This document shows positions 1 through 12,182 of a DNA stretch of 64,000 nt, one piece after another (the stretch's first letter is position 1; each line of letters starts with the position of its first letter). The notes under the pieces are model-generated. The model worked only from the letters and a program-made list of their open reading frames with translations, ran no database searches and had not been told where the DNA came from. A program made the translations under genes and the position numbers. This DNA is from Takakia lepidozioides (Eukaryota > Plantae > Bryophyta). Where the stretch lies: NCBI GenBank assembly GCA_030704615.1, contig CM060731.1:95356001-95420000 (forward strand), written 5' to 3'.

Positions 1-3000
1 TCGTGCACCAGACAGGAGACCTCGTCGCAAGCTCCGAAAATTATACTTCGGACGTAGGCCAATGCCGAAGGGGAGGAAGCAGATGCGTCTACAGGAGGAG
101 ATTGCCATCTCCGAGCAGCAGGCCACTCAGGCAACCCAGCCACCAGTGAGAGCTCCATGCGATCGGGCTGCGCGCAGCTGATCGAGCACCGAACCCCCCA
201 TTTTGCTTCTGTAATTCTTAGACTGAATGCTAGGAGACTTGAATGCAGAACATGTTTGCATGCCTAACAGGAAAGGTGGACGTGCTGGAGGGATCGCAGG
301 AATCCGAAGAGCCGCAGGAAGAGTCCGTGGAGCTAGCTGCAGCACGTACACCCACCCGATCCCCGAGCGCGGGTATTCCTGCCGGGCCTAGCCCTGTGCG
401 TTTCAAAGACGCGGCTTCGAAGGGCAAGTTCAAAGCCCCAGAGATCGACTCGCGTTCTTCGGTCATGGAGAATCGCCAGCAGGGGTCGGGCCCTTCTCCA
501 GCAAAGTCGAAGAAGAAGCAGCCCGTCCCTCTACTGGTTTCTGAACCGGCTCAGGCCGTTTCACCCCCACCAACGCGAATGAAGCAGCAGGGTAAAAGAC
601 AGATTCAATTGCAGCAGACACCTTCACCTGCAAGGATGAGGAAGCAGAAGGCAATCAGGGCGACGGCCGAACAATCTCCCGCAAAACCGCTTCCACGAGC
701 TGAAGCTCAGTTCCTGGAGGATTTCCCGCCTGCAGATGTTGGGGCCGTCTCTGCTGCAGCGAAGGCAATGGGATCGACCGTTTTTGTCGATTTGGTACCG
801 GAGGAGGGTGCTGCCGCTCAACGTTCGCAGCAAGACCTCACCACCGATGAGCAAGCAGGCCCGGAGGAGGCCTCTGCAATGGCAGAATTGCCCGCAAACA
901 GGCCCCAGAGTGCAGCTCCAGTTGAGGATGCTCCAGCTGCTCAGCCACTACCGGCACCTACAGACATGTCTCCGGAGGATTTCAAAAGTGCAGCGGATAA
1001 AATGTTGGAGGAGACACACAGTAGCATTGGCAGAGTTCTGGGCAGCAGGGTATTCCAGCGGACTCTTCGAATCCCACTCTGTCGCATGGTCTCCCTTCCC
1101 ATCGTCAGGCAGGCCCTTCCCGGAGATGTGGATAAGCTGAAGTTCGCATTTCGAGAAGGGTACCGTCTGGGATCGGCAGCGTTTTACGTTTCCATTGAGA
1201 ATGAGGACGGCGAAACTCGTGGACCCACTGCCGATGAATTGTCAACGTGGGATACCCACTGGCACACTCGCAACGACGAATTCGAGGCGACGCTGAAGGG
1301 TGATCCAGACTTCGGCCATATGTCGGGTAAAATGTTCTTTGTGTGGGACGGGAATCACCGACTTCTTGCCTGGTGGGAGTACATCAAGCAGAACCATGCC
1401 AAGCACATTGGCTGGCATTACATGGTGGAGTGTGTCATCCTGAAGGTGAAGGCGGCAGACTCCTCCCTGCTCAAGAATGCCATGGCGGACCTCAACTCGT
1501 AAGATACTCATACCCTCCCTAGCACGTTCGAAATGCGGTGCCGCATTTCGGTTTCCATTCTGGTTTGTTTCCGTGCTTCCGTGTACTGAACTGGAGAGTG
1601 TGCCTTGCAGGGTCACTGAGAATGCGTACGTGCATACCCACATGGCACATATGCTGTACAGGGTGAGGAAAACTGGTCTCACTGATCCGCAGATGTTTGC
1701 GGAAATGCTGGAGCCCGAGCTCATTCAGAAAGCCGTTGCAAAAACAGACCGGACATGGTATCGTCTCACTATGGATGGAATGGTGGAGGTGATATACGAA
1801 GTAAGTCGTCCTCCAATTTCCCTCTGCTCATCCTTCCCCAATTTCCAGTAATCTTTCCACATGAATCGAATGTAACGCTTCTGCATGTTTTTGTTGGCAG
1901 TCAAACATCAAGCTGGATTTGGCCCATGCCAAACGCTTCTTCATGGAAAGTGAGGGGCAGGTCAAAACGTTGCAGTCATTGACTGAGCACTTGAAGGAAG
2001 CCGGTGTCAAGTCCAGAACCAAATACAAGTCAAAGCTTGTGAAGCTGGTGGCAATTGCAGATCCGGCACTTGGAAAGGACTTCATCCCCGAGATTGCAAA
2101 ACACTATTCTCGGGCCATGCAGCCGACCATGCAATTGGAGAAACTGCATCACCTCTCAACGGCATGTGTTGAGGCGAAAGAGAAGGTGAGGTTTCAATGC
2201 ACTGAAGTTCCTTCCTAGCAATAGCCACTCTCTTCCAGCTCCTGACATTGGATCGGAAATGGCAGACACGGTGGCTGTCGATCTGGAATGCATCCGAGAG
2301 CATAAGGACAATGTGGTCTTTTCCACTCGAAGTTTCCGACCCTGCAGTGGATGTGTGGCTCAACCGCATGACTTGGTGGTTCCAGGTAATTCAAGGTACT
2401 TCCCCAGATTTGCTTTTCTGAAATGAATTCCCTGAACTGCTACGTGACAATGCATTTGGGAATCGCAGGTAATGTCGAATGCGAAGGAGCAAGTCGTAAT
2501 GCACACAAATTCGTTCGGCTTGTACGTCAAATGGGATGGAACACAGACATTGGAAGACTACGTGACACGTTTCAGATGTGCGTACAAGGACAACCTCTTC
2601 GCCAGAGAGCTACAGACAGCAAGAAGGAGCGTGGAGTTTACACATCAGGAGGGAGCGGGGAAAGCTGCAATGCGAATTGTTTACAGGTGAAGCACAGCTG
2701 CCCTTGTATGCGAAGCCTGGTTACGAGGTTTGTCTCGGAAATGCGGCACCGCATTCGCATTTTATGTTTTTGGTGGCACTCTGCGAGTAGGTTCGTCCAA
2801 TCTTATGCTCACGCATGCTGACTGCCTTGCAGGTATATGAAATACGTGCTCCTTCAGACAGGGGCCCTGGCTCAAGAGCCCCCGTTCTTCATGGCTTGGA
2901 CCGTGGCGGGCCCAAGCTGTGTCTACACACCCGAGATGCAGAAACAATGGCATCCCGCGCATCTCGTTGGATGCCCCTGGTACCTGGATATGTCTGGCGG

Positions 3001-5178
3001 TATTGTTGACGAGTCTGAGAAAGATCTGCACGCCTTGGCAGAAGAGAAGAGAAAGGAAAGACGTGTCCCTGCTGGGCCAAAGTCGGCAAAGGAATCTGCT
3101 GCTCTGGAAGAATCCAGAAAGGCAGCTGAGATGGCACAAAAGACGGTGGATGCAGCTGTGCAGGCCCAACAGAAGGGGTCGAAGAAGAGGACTCGCCAGC
3201 AAGGAGCAGCTGTTGTGACACCCGCCAAAACGAAGAAGCAGAAACAGCCTGTTCAGGAAGAGGGTGAGGAAGAGGACTCCGATGGAGACTTTGCAACCAG
3301 CCCACCCCCCCAAACGCAGGCTGCCTCCCCTGTGCCCACCATTGTCACGAGAGGCACGAGAATGGCTCGGCAAAGAAGGCACTCTTCAACCCCCCAGGGG
3401 GGCACCCTTTCGAGCCGGTGGAAATGAAGAGGCCGAAAGTGGCTCCCGAAACAGTAGTCCAGTGTGTAAATGAGAGTTTCTTGGCGGCTTTGGATGGACG
3501 GGCAGCCAAGTTGGCATACATGAAGACCATGGAGGGTCTGAAGGGCAGAGCACTGAAGAAGGCGACTGCCGAAGAGCCTTCCGACACCCCAGGATTTCAG
3601 AATATGGTCTCGTTCTTTGAGAGGGTGTGTGCAGACAAGGATTGTAGGAGGGGCGGAAATGCCACCGAGTGGTCTTGCGATATGATCATCTTGGATATTC
3701 CGGACGGAGAGCCTGTGGAAGGACTGCAAGCTTTGCCATCTTGGAACAGGTACTCGGAGGACTTTTGGAAGAAAGGATTCGGGCTTGCCCGCATGGTGTT
3801 GGACGACAAGGCTGTGTGGTTGTCCTGGCGAGCAGAGGAAAAAACACTCAGACAGGAATTGCGAAGTGGACCCGCAAGAGCGCCGTCCCGATTCTGAAAA
3901 AGAAGTGGACGTGCATCAACACACTGGGCCTTCGGTCGGAAGGGAAGAAGGTAATTACGACACTGGCACTCGTCCATTCATTTGCTTGGGTGTTTTCAAA
4001 TGCGGTGCCGCATTCGGTTTCTAATCGTTCCCCCCTGTGTATGCAGACGAAGCAGTTCGATGCATACTGCTTTGTGAAGGAGAACTCCACCTTTGCTTTC
4101 CGGAAGGAGGGAGGAAAGGTTGACCCGAACTGCGACCCCCTCGATTACGACGTTCTGTTCAACAACGTTCCCAAGGAACTTCTCCCTCATAGCCTCACTT
4201 CAACGGAACCCCTGCGGTACTCACGGACTCGGAGCCCTGCCTTCATTCAGACAATTATGGAGACATGCACAGACGTGGAGGGCACAGTGCTCGACCTCAT
4301 CTGTGGGACAGGTATGCAGAATCTTGATCTATGCTGTTCTGCAAATTCTCGTTAGGATGTAGTTCGCAACATCTGAAGCGCCATGTTGTAATGTGTGGAT
4401 GGCATTGTAACAGGTGCCTCAATGTGGGCTGGGCGGTTTTCCGACCGGCACCTCTTTGCCTACGAGGAGGACTCATCCGTGTGGGGATCTGGAAGGGCTG
4501 CAACGGAATGTTAAGGCTCCCAACAGAGCGGAAGTCTCCTCGGATTCGTCGGAGTCCGAGGAAGACACAGTGGACATTGATGCGGAGGAGAACCCGGAAT
4601 ACGAGTGAGTGCAAACATTGTAAGTTTGCAAAGCCTTCTGGGTCATTTTTGTCAAACGAATTTCCGGACTGTGGTTCTCATTAGTCTCGTTGATGATTGT
4701 CATGTGCAGGATTGCAGGGTCCGGGTCGAAACATGTAGGGCCTACACTTCCTGCCAGGAAGAATGTCCCGTTCTTTGCGAGGGCCGACTTCATGACGAGC
4801 CCGGTGAGGGACTACTCCCTTCCTAGTTATGCAGCTAAACTCGCAAATACAGCGATTAGAAGAAGTGAGAATCCCAGTAAAGTAGAGCAGATTTTGGAGA
4901 GGGCTAGGGAGGACAGAAGGATAAGGAAAGAGTTGGCAGCAGCTCAGACAGGTAGACGGGTACGAAAGTACATATGTGATTCAGCGGATGAGAGCGACGC
5001 AGACAGGGAGGAAGACGACCCAACGGAGGTGAGATGGACAGTTCCGCAAGGGGAAGATGGGATTTTCGAAAGCCTGGCCAACGAGCAGTCCGCTGGAGAT
5101 GAGAAAGGCAATGAGGGGGTGGAGGCGGAGCAGGACAGTCTAGAACAGGATGAGGATTCGGATGATTTTCAAGATTAA
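1..5178 (+). pseudogene. Multi-exon ParB/Srx-like + beta-class DNA amino-methyltransferase-like gene (gene X), copy A1; a few frameshifts
   Basis: Approximate exons <1-145, ~249-1498, 1611-1800, 1901-2185, ~2266-2385, 2469-2686, 2833-3950, 4047-4311, 4414-4604, 4710-5178 with GT-AG boundaries conserved in other copies. Motifs: WDGNHRLLAW (1344-1373), DMIILDIPDG (3679-3708), TVLDLICGTG/ASMWAGRFSDRHLFAYE (~4284-4466). Small indels near 3360, 3810 and 4485 relative to A3. Confidence 0.75.
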
Positions 5179-5315
5179 TAGAATTTTAATGAAGTCTCTG
5201 TAAATGTAAATTCTCTTCCAGAGTATATAAAGGAAATTCTCCCCGACATTCGTGACCCCTCTCCAGTGTGCATTCCAGCCACACAATCGCCCAAACCACG
5301 ACGCTCCCAAAATCA

Positions 5316-6110
5316 GAAATGGGGCACCGCATTTCCAAAATTTTGGCAACTCTAAAAACCTCTTTTGGAAATGCGGCACCGCATTTCCAAAACAGGGGAG
5401 GGACTAAATTTTCCATTCAATGTTGGCATAGTAAAAAGTAATCGGCCGATTGGAAATGCGGTGCCGCATTTCCAAAATTTCCTTTGTCCACACGCCAGTT
5501 TTGGCCTCTCCCGCTCATTGCATGGATGCCACCACGCTTACAGAGGTCGAACAAGGAGGTCGAACAAGGAGGTCGAGATGGCGGAATTGGAAATGCGGTG
5601 CCGCATTTCCATATTGGGGATGGTCGTTGTTCGAACTGCAGGCCCCATCAGCAAAAATTGGCACCGCATTCCATTGTAAAAAAAAAGTCGATGACGGACA
5701 TGGAAATGCGGCGCCGCATTTCCAGAACGGACATCGCAATTTGTCCATTTGCAGACCCTCTCACGGAAATGCGGTAACGCATTCCATCGCGCTGGTCGGA
5801 AATGTCACACTTTTGGTCGGTGTGGTCGGAAAGTCACACTTTTCAAAGTGTTGGACGGAATGCGCACCGCATTCCCTTGTCCCAAAATAGTTTCCATTGC
5901 AAGCTTGAATGCGTCGCCGCATTTGCCATGCCAACCTCGTTGTCTGTCCAATTTATAGACCCGTGTTGGTATTTCGTGTACCTGGACGAATGAAAATTCA
6001 CCGCATTCCATGTCCGACACTGAAATGCGGTTCATAATTATCCATGTCGACATTGAAATTCGGCACCGCATTCCAATGTCCGACATGGAAATGCGGTGCG
6101 CATTTCAATG
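5316..6110. repeat. Right-arm cluster of family-A palindromes GGAAATGCGGYRCCGCATTTCC
   Basis: Repeated near-perfect 22-bp palindromes, e.g. 5367, 5452, 5589, 5702; same cluster at 32310-33080 and 51718-52742. Confidence 0.9.
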
Positions 6111-6363
6111 TCTGACTGGCGTTTACTCTGGTATATTCTTGACACATGACTCTCATACCGGTTACTCTGGTATATTCATCCCGGACAGACAAATTGTAGA
6201 AATGAGACATCAAATTGTAAACAGTGGGCCAATTTCGACAGTTATTCAACAGAATGAAACACAATCACACAGAAGTGAGGTACGATGGGTTTATTGATCG
6301 GACACGATGTCTCACATTTACCAACTGCAGACAAAACTAAGCCCTTCCTCCTTCTACATGGCT

Positions 6364-6961
6364 TCACCAAGTCGACGGAACTATCGATACCCTCAAAACA
6401 AGCTATTACTACTGCGGCACCTCGAGGTAAACTGCAATTCGGTCGTTCTGCTGCCCTTGCTGGAGCTGACGACAATGTCATGTCCATCAATGATACCACC
6501 ATCATACATTGACACGGTCACTGTGGGCCGCATGTGCTCGTGCGATTCGTCTTCGCAACTCAGCCGAATGTCTCCATACACTGAAGACGGAGTGATCTCC
6601 ACGTATATAGTTTTCCCCGGTGCCGTCCTCCCTGGTCCACTGGCAGCAGTTCCATCGCCAAAGCGAGGCCGGCGTGATCTGTCCGGCATCCCTTTCCAGC
6701 TTGGTATATCGAGGTCAGGACCCACGGACCGCATTGACCCTCGCCCTCACCTCGCTCAAAGCGGTAATAGCCCTCCAAATACTCCATTGCGCGCAAAGAC
6801 TCTTGCTTGATTCCAGCAGCGTCTGTGAAAACAGAGAGCCAGCAATGATGTCTCCTGATTCTGGTTTGAACATAGCATAATCGTGGCCATGATAAGGGCA
6901 GTCGCTGGAGTTCCGTGGCACGGCATCCTTGAAAAGTACTGGAGTACTGGAGTACGCTCAA
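6364..6961 (-). pseudogene. ORF-Y2, unknown ~200-aa protein, frameshifted copy
   Basis: Fragments DYAMFKPESGDII, AMEYLEGYYRFERG, YGDIRLSCED, MYDGGIIDGHDIVV match the intact ORF at 53005-53613. Confidence 0.6.
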
Positions 6962-7349
6962 TGACAGCAGCTTCCGATGGAGGAGGAGCAGCGCGGTGGC
7001 TGGAAAAAGTTCAAGCTAACGCTGCAATTCCTCACAAACACTCCAGGGCACATTTAAATTTCCCCCTACAGGATCCTGGACGGATGAAGATTGGCTGGCT
7101 CCATGAATGTAGCCGTTTCAGTTTCCTACCCTGCCATGCAAACTATGGGCAATGACTGCCAGGTGGGCCGATAGCCACTCGACAATGACAAAGTCCTCCC
7201 CCCTTCGATGTAAATGCGGCGCCGAATTTCCATTCGGGGATGGACTTTGGTGGCATATCTCAACCTATACCCCGTGGATGAGAAAGAGGTATGGGCGTCA
7301 TGAACACGTTACACCTCCGTCGGTGGGGCGTGGGACCCAGATGCTCCAT

Positions 7350-8030
7350 TATTTGAGCCCGGACTGCTCTTCCGCTTCGCATCATTTCCAAATCTAAGGG
7401 CTTCGTTGCTGTCCGCAAGGTCATTGTCATCGGCATCAAGACCCTCAGGTCCTCCTTTGCAAGGATGCCGTGCTTCCAGAACCGGACGACTGCCCTTATG
7501 GAGGCATCGATTATGCAATGTATTCGGCCACATCGGGAGACATCGTTTCTCTGGTACCCAGATTACACAGAAGATACTGGTTCAAATGTGGAAACATTGT
7601 CCGCTTTTGAGTATCTCCCAAGCCAGTACGCCTTCAAGCGGGGTGACGATCTTGGTCTGAGGAGTCCGTGGCTCCTGCGCATCCTTGATTCCGATTTTCC
7701 CAACTATGACGGGCACCCATGCAGAAGAATGCGCACTGCTATGCTGTGGCGGTGGAACTGCTGCCAGTGGACGTGGGTGGACTCTATCGGAGAGACTTAT
7801 ACTCTGAAGGAGTGCGCTCATCTTCTCCATTGTATGGGGACATTCGCATTGGTGTGGAGGACGAAAACGTGAAGCTTTCCATATACGATGGTGGTATGAT
7901 GATTGAAGGGCAGGACATTGTGGTGAACATCAACAGGGGCGGTACAACGGCTGCAATCGACTTTACCTGGAGAAGCCCGAAGACTCATGAGCTAATTCTG
8001 AGAGCAGTCGAAGTCCCATTGACAACGTGA
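7350..8030 (+). pseudogene. ORF-Y1, unknown ~220-aa protein, frameshifted copy
   Basis: Fragments FERGDDLGLRSPWLLRILD, WNCCQWT, YGDIRIGVED, ELILRAVEVPLTT match the intact ORF at 33593-34267. Confidence 0.6.
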
Positions 8031-8465
8031 CTTGTATTCAGTGGCACAGGGCTAACGATTTCTTTGCACAATCAGCACAGTAGACGTGCTTCAAATTCAA
8101 TTCATGTGGATCAATAAAACCTCATTGTGCCTCTTTTTATTCTATTCTGTGTCCATCGTTCCCAGAATGCGTCATTGCTCATTTCGCTTGGGATTGGGAG
8201 TGTGGGAGGATTTTGCAAGTGGCTGTTAGGCTAAATGGCCCCCATTGTACAGAGCAGTACCACCCTACCATTCGCAAACATTGTCATTCAATATATAATT
8301 CTAAAAAACATTGCCGAACCTCCTTCATCGGGAGGTCCTTCTCCCCCTATGACCTGGGCACCCTTAACCCTATTCCCCGCGGACACATATTTCCGGAAAA
8401 TAGTCTGCTCATGTTTTTTTCACACTTACGACTCTGTTCATGGCTCATGCCGCTCATGGCTCATG

Positions 8466-8486
8466 GCTCATGAAATAGCAGCCCCC
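8466..8486 (-). repeat. Right TIR of A1, preceded by GCTCATG subterminal repeats
   Basis: Identical to the right termini at 34710-34730, 37272-37292 and 55894-55914. Confidence 0.9.
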
Positions 8487-8499
8487 CTACGTGCCTCCT

Positions 8500-10955
8500 T
8501 GCCTCGGGACGAAGTCGTAGTGCGGCTTCGGCGTGTGCCCGTACCTCAGGCCAGCATTCCAAGGCGCGAGCTTGGGCCCGAGTGGTCAAAGAGGGACCCA
8601 GTGTTGTGTGGTCCACCCTTGCCATCATGCGTAGCGTTCTAGGAGAGTGCTGACTCTCTCCACATTGTGTCGATCTTGCTACGGCGGCATGCAATTTTTC
8701 AATTAAATCCGATATGTTTGGAAGTGGCAAGAACACCCCTGGAATAGGGGCAATTTGGTCACGCCATGTGTTCTGCCAATACTTTACAACACTCGTGATG
8801 GCAGCCTTGAAATTGTCCAACACCTCCTCCTGCTGGGGGTCTCTGCGCACTCTGGAAGAAATGGCCCTTCATCCGCGTCAAGGCACCCACTACGTCTCAT
8901 TCATATCCTCCCAACGGATGCTAGCGGCCTCCACTCCCTCAAAATAGGTCTCTCCCAATCGGTTCGCGATTGTATGGGTTCTTTTTCGCTGGCACCATGG
9001 ATCCTCAGGCAGTCGTAGAATCTTTGTCTGGTACAGCTCCAATGCCCTCCCAATTCCGGCAAAAAAACTCCCTTTGGACTGGGTCCTGTATGCCTCTAGC
9101 ACGCACGGTTGTTTCCCAGTTGGATGTCACCCAAAGGTCACCGGATCTTTAACCCTAGTTAACGTCTTCGCATCCAAGGCGTGCATCTCTCTTGGAGCAT
9201 CCCATGTCATTGTCTCCCCCAGTGCTGCCAATTTAAAAATCGTAAGGCGATACATCCAATGGCATGTTGTACCGGTTGTACTCGTATCCCGTGGGCATAT
9301 TTCTTGCAACCCAAACACTCGTAGAAACGTGATGGATTGGTCCACGGCAGTCAGGGCATTGGCTGGCTCGCATGGCTGCCGCATATGAGACATGCGGGAT
9401 GAAACAAATGCCACATGAGGGTTTAGGCACATTGTGCACACCGTACCATCTGTTACCCATGACGCTGGATTGCTCTGTGGTATCCACGTCCGTTTATCCT
9501 CATGAATGTAGGATGACATCCTCGGCCTGGTATCCCACTCCTCCTCTACTTCCAATTCCCAGTTTATGCTGTTATTGGTATCGGAAATTGTATGCACACA
9601 GTGCTCAACATGGCATCCACATCACCCCATGTGGTGAATCCAGTGTACTTCGACGTGAATACATCACGCACAGTGTCGTGCCTTTGCAAATTAGCATAGA
9701 TGCTATCTATGCTTCGATTCGACAAACGTGCTGCACGTTGGAGGGAGGACAACGCCTTCTTCTATCGTGTTTCCCGCGATGCTAGATGGCCCGCCCATGT
9801 CACCCAATTCCGCCAATTCCCCTTCATCATGGCCACGATCGGATTTGCATGGCATTTGAGTACCAATATGCAACAGCCCTAGCTTGCTCGCGTTCCCCCA
9901 CAAGCTGCTCTAATTCCTGTTCTTCTGCCGATGTAATTTGCACGGCTGAACATTCCCAGTTCCACTGTGGGTCCTTCCCTTTTCTTGCCCTCTCCGCCGC
10001 AAGTCTTTTTTCCTCAACCCTTGCCGGGTCCAGTTCACCGTTTGCACTTCATTCCCATGCCCGATTGAGTCAACCCCGTCGATGACGCGGTCAATGTCCA
10101 TTGGTGCAATTCAAACACGCCAATATGTCTTGCTCGTTGGTGATTGGCTCGGGTCCTGAAGCACACCGGTACGCTGTCGAGAGTCCCCAACCCCATTCTT
10201 TCCAGCAACTTCGCTATTTGCCACCGTTGCAAATGAACAATGTCCTGCAGGTCTTTGATGTGCTGTTCATGTGCGGCCAACTGTTCCTCCAACGGAGAGC
10301 GTACCTCGCCCCCCTCCACCTCAGACGTTGAAGGCCTGGCTGCGGAGACCTGTTGCGCGTATAATCTGGAGGTTGGTCTGCATTTCCTCCTTCTTCCACA
10401 TCGTCGTTTCCATCCGCCTTTCCTTCTTCCACCTCGTCGTTTCCATCGAACCGTATCATGTCCTGCCCTGACGTATATACAAGTCTGGGATATCAGAGAA
10501 CATGTATAGTCTAGTACGCTGTCTCGCAGTGGCAGTTTGCTAATCCACCGGTCGCAATAAAATCAACTCTGTGTACAACATGGCCGCAAATAAATACGGG
10601 ACATTGTTGTTGACGAGCGGTTGACCCCACAATGTTGTATTACCTCCTCTGCCCTGTGGCGGAAACGCGGGTTGGCGCAGAATGCAAGCTAGCTTGATTT
10701 GTTTGGTTTGTGGATCATGCCTATCTCTGGGCCACAAACGATTTATGTTGACACCAGTCCACAAATTTCCTGCAGTCACCAGCGACCACCGCTGCAGTCT
10801 TCCAAACTTCCCACCTGGTTCCGCAAGAATGTTGGGGTCATTGTATATGTCCCAACGAAGTTCGCGCCTGACCCCTTTTGGTTTTTTCTTGGGAGGTCCA
10901 GGTTCATTATCGTCATCCCTGGGATGACCTCCCTATCTTCATCCTCCGCCATTTA
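8500..10955 (-). pseudogene. Degenerate minus-strand coding region of unknown element, including a broken RING-finger-like motif
   Basis: Chain of short minus-strand ORFs; across frames at ~9335-9445 the sequence reads CTMCLNP..., (W)HLFHPAC..., CPDCRGPI, i.e. RING-type Cys/His spacing split by frameshifts. Confidence 0.4.
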
Positions 10956-11384
10956 TGGCTCTGGCTTACCCCTACTCGACAGGTGTTTGCTAAGAAAAAT
11001 GCTCTCCCAACCCTCCTAAATCGTACCTAATCCTACTCCCTAATGAATCCTCCCCAAGTACTAGAGGCACGTGTCACTCCCTCGGCAGTTCTAAGTGATA
11101 TGACGCAATGTTAATGAAAAAAACATGGGGCTAGAGGAGGGCTTCCCGGGAGGTACTCAGCATCGATTTGTAGAATCCAACGGCCCAAAATACCCCCCAC
11201 CCAACCAATAGCACCCCTCTCCACTTGGACTCAATGACAAGGAATGCAACATCCCATCGCCCACCAATTCCTGATGTGGAGAAAAGTGAGGGAGAGAATA
11301 GCCTCCAAGGCCTTATAAGCCCCCCCTCCACACTCCGGGCGCGCGCTGTCATCATGACTACGCACGCTAGTAATAGCTGCAACC

Positions 11385-11682
11385 GCCACGGCAGGGATGG
11401 TCGCATTTTTTATTTTATTTTTCTTTATTATGTGCGACCACCAGCAGGGGGGTGGTCGCAGAAATTTTTATTTTTTTTAATAGGGGCGACCACCAGCAGG
11501 GGGTGGTCGCAAAGTTTTATTTTTTTTAATAGGTGCGACCACCAGCAGGGGGTTGGTCACAGATTTTTTATTTTTTTAATGGGTGCGACCACCAGCATGG
11601 TGGTGGTCGCAGATTTGTTTATTTTTTTAATGGGTGCAACCACAACAGGGGGTGTCGCAGATTTGTTTATTTTTTTAATGGG
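11385..11682. repeat. Tandem ~50-bp repeat: GCGACCACC-AGCAG-GGGGTGGTCGC hairpin followed by a T-rich tract
   Basis: Units start near 11434, 11486, 11535, 11585, 11636 and run into the assembly gap. Confidence 0.85.
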
Positions 11683-12182
11683 NNNNNNNNNNNNNNNNNN
11701 NNNNNNNNNNNNNNNNNNNNNNNNNNNNNNNNNNNNNNNNNNNNNNNNNNNNNNNNNNNNNNNNNNNNNNNNNNNNNNNNNNNNNNNNNNNNNNNNNNNN
11801 NNNNNNNNNNNNNNNNNNNNNNNNNNNNNNNNNNNNNNNNNNNNNNNNNNNNNNNNNNNNNNNNNNNNNNNNNNNNNNNNNNNNNNNNNNNNNNNNNNNN
11901 NNNNNNNNNNNNNNNNNNNNNNNNNNNNNNNNNNNNNNNNNNNNNNNNNNNNNNNNNNNNNNNNNNNNNNNNNNNNNNNNNNNNNNNNNNNNNNNNNNNN
12001 NNNNNNNNNNNNNNNNNNNNNNNNNNNNNNNNNNNNNNNNNNNNNNNNNNNNNNNNNNNNNNNNNNNNNNNNNNNNNNNNNNNNNNNNNNNNNNNNNNNN
12101 NNNNNNNNNNNNNNNNNNNNNNNNNNNNNNNNNNNNNNNNNNNNNNNNNNNNNNNNNNNNNNNNNNNNNNNNNNNNNNNNNN
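11683..12182. other. Assembly gap (500 N)
   Basis: Run of N; the ORFs spanning it are artefacts. Confidence 1.

Larger units (their letters stand above)
1..8486 (+). mobile_element. MULE-like DNA transposon, family A copy 1 (right ~8.5 kb; left part lies outside the window)
   Basis: Colinear with the right half of the TSD-bounded copy A2 (27024-34730); ends in GCTCATG repeats and the right TIR GCTCATGAAATAGCAGCCCCC at 8466-8486. Confidence 0.9.

Noticed and set aside
4690-5178. Independent 162-aa gene
   Set aside because: Conserved phase-2 splice sites in three families make it the last exon of gene X.
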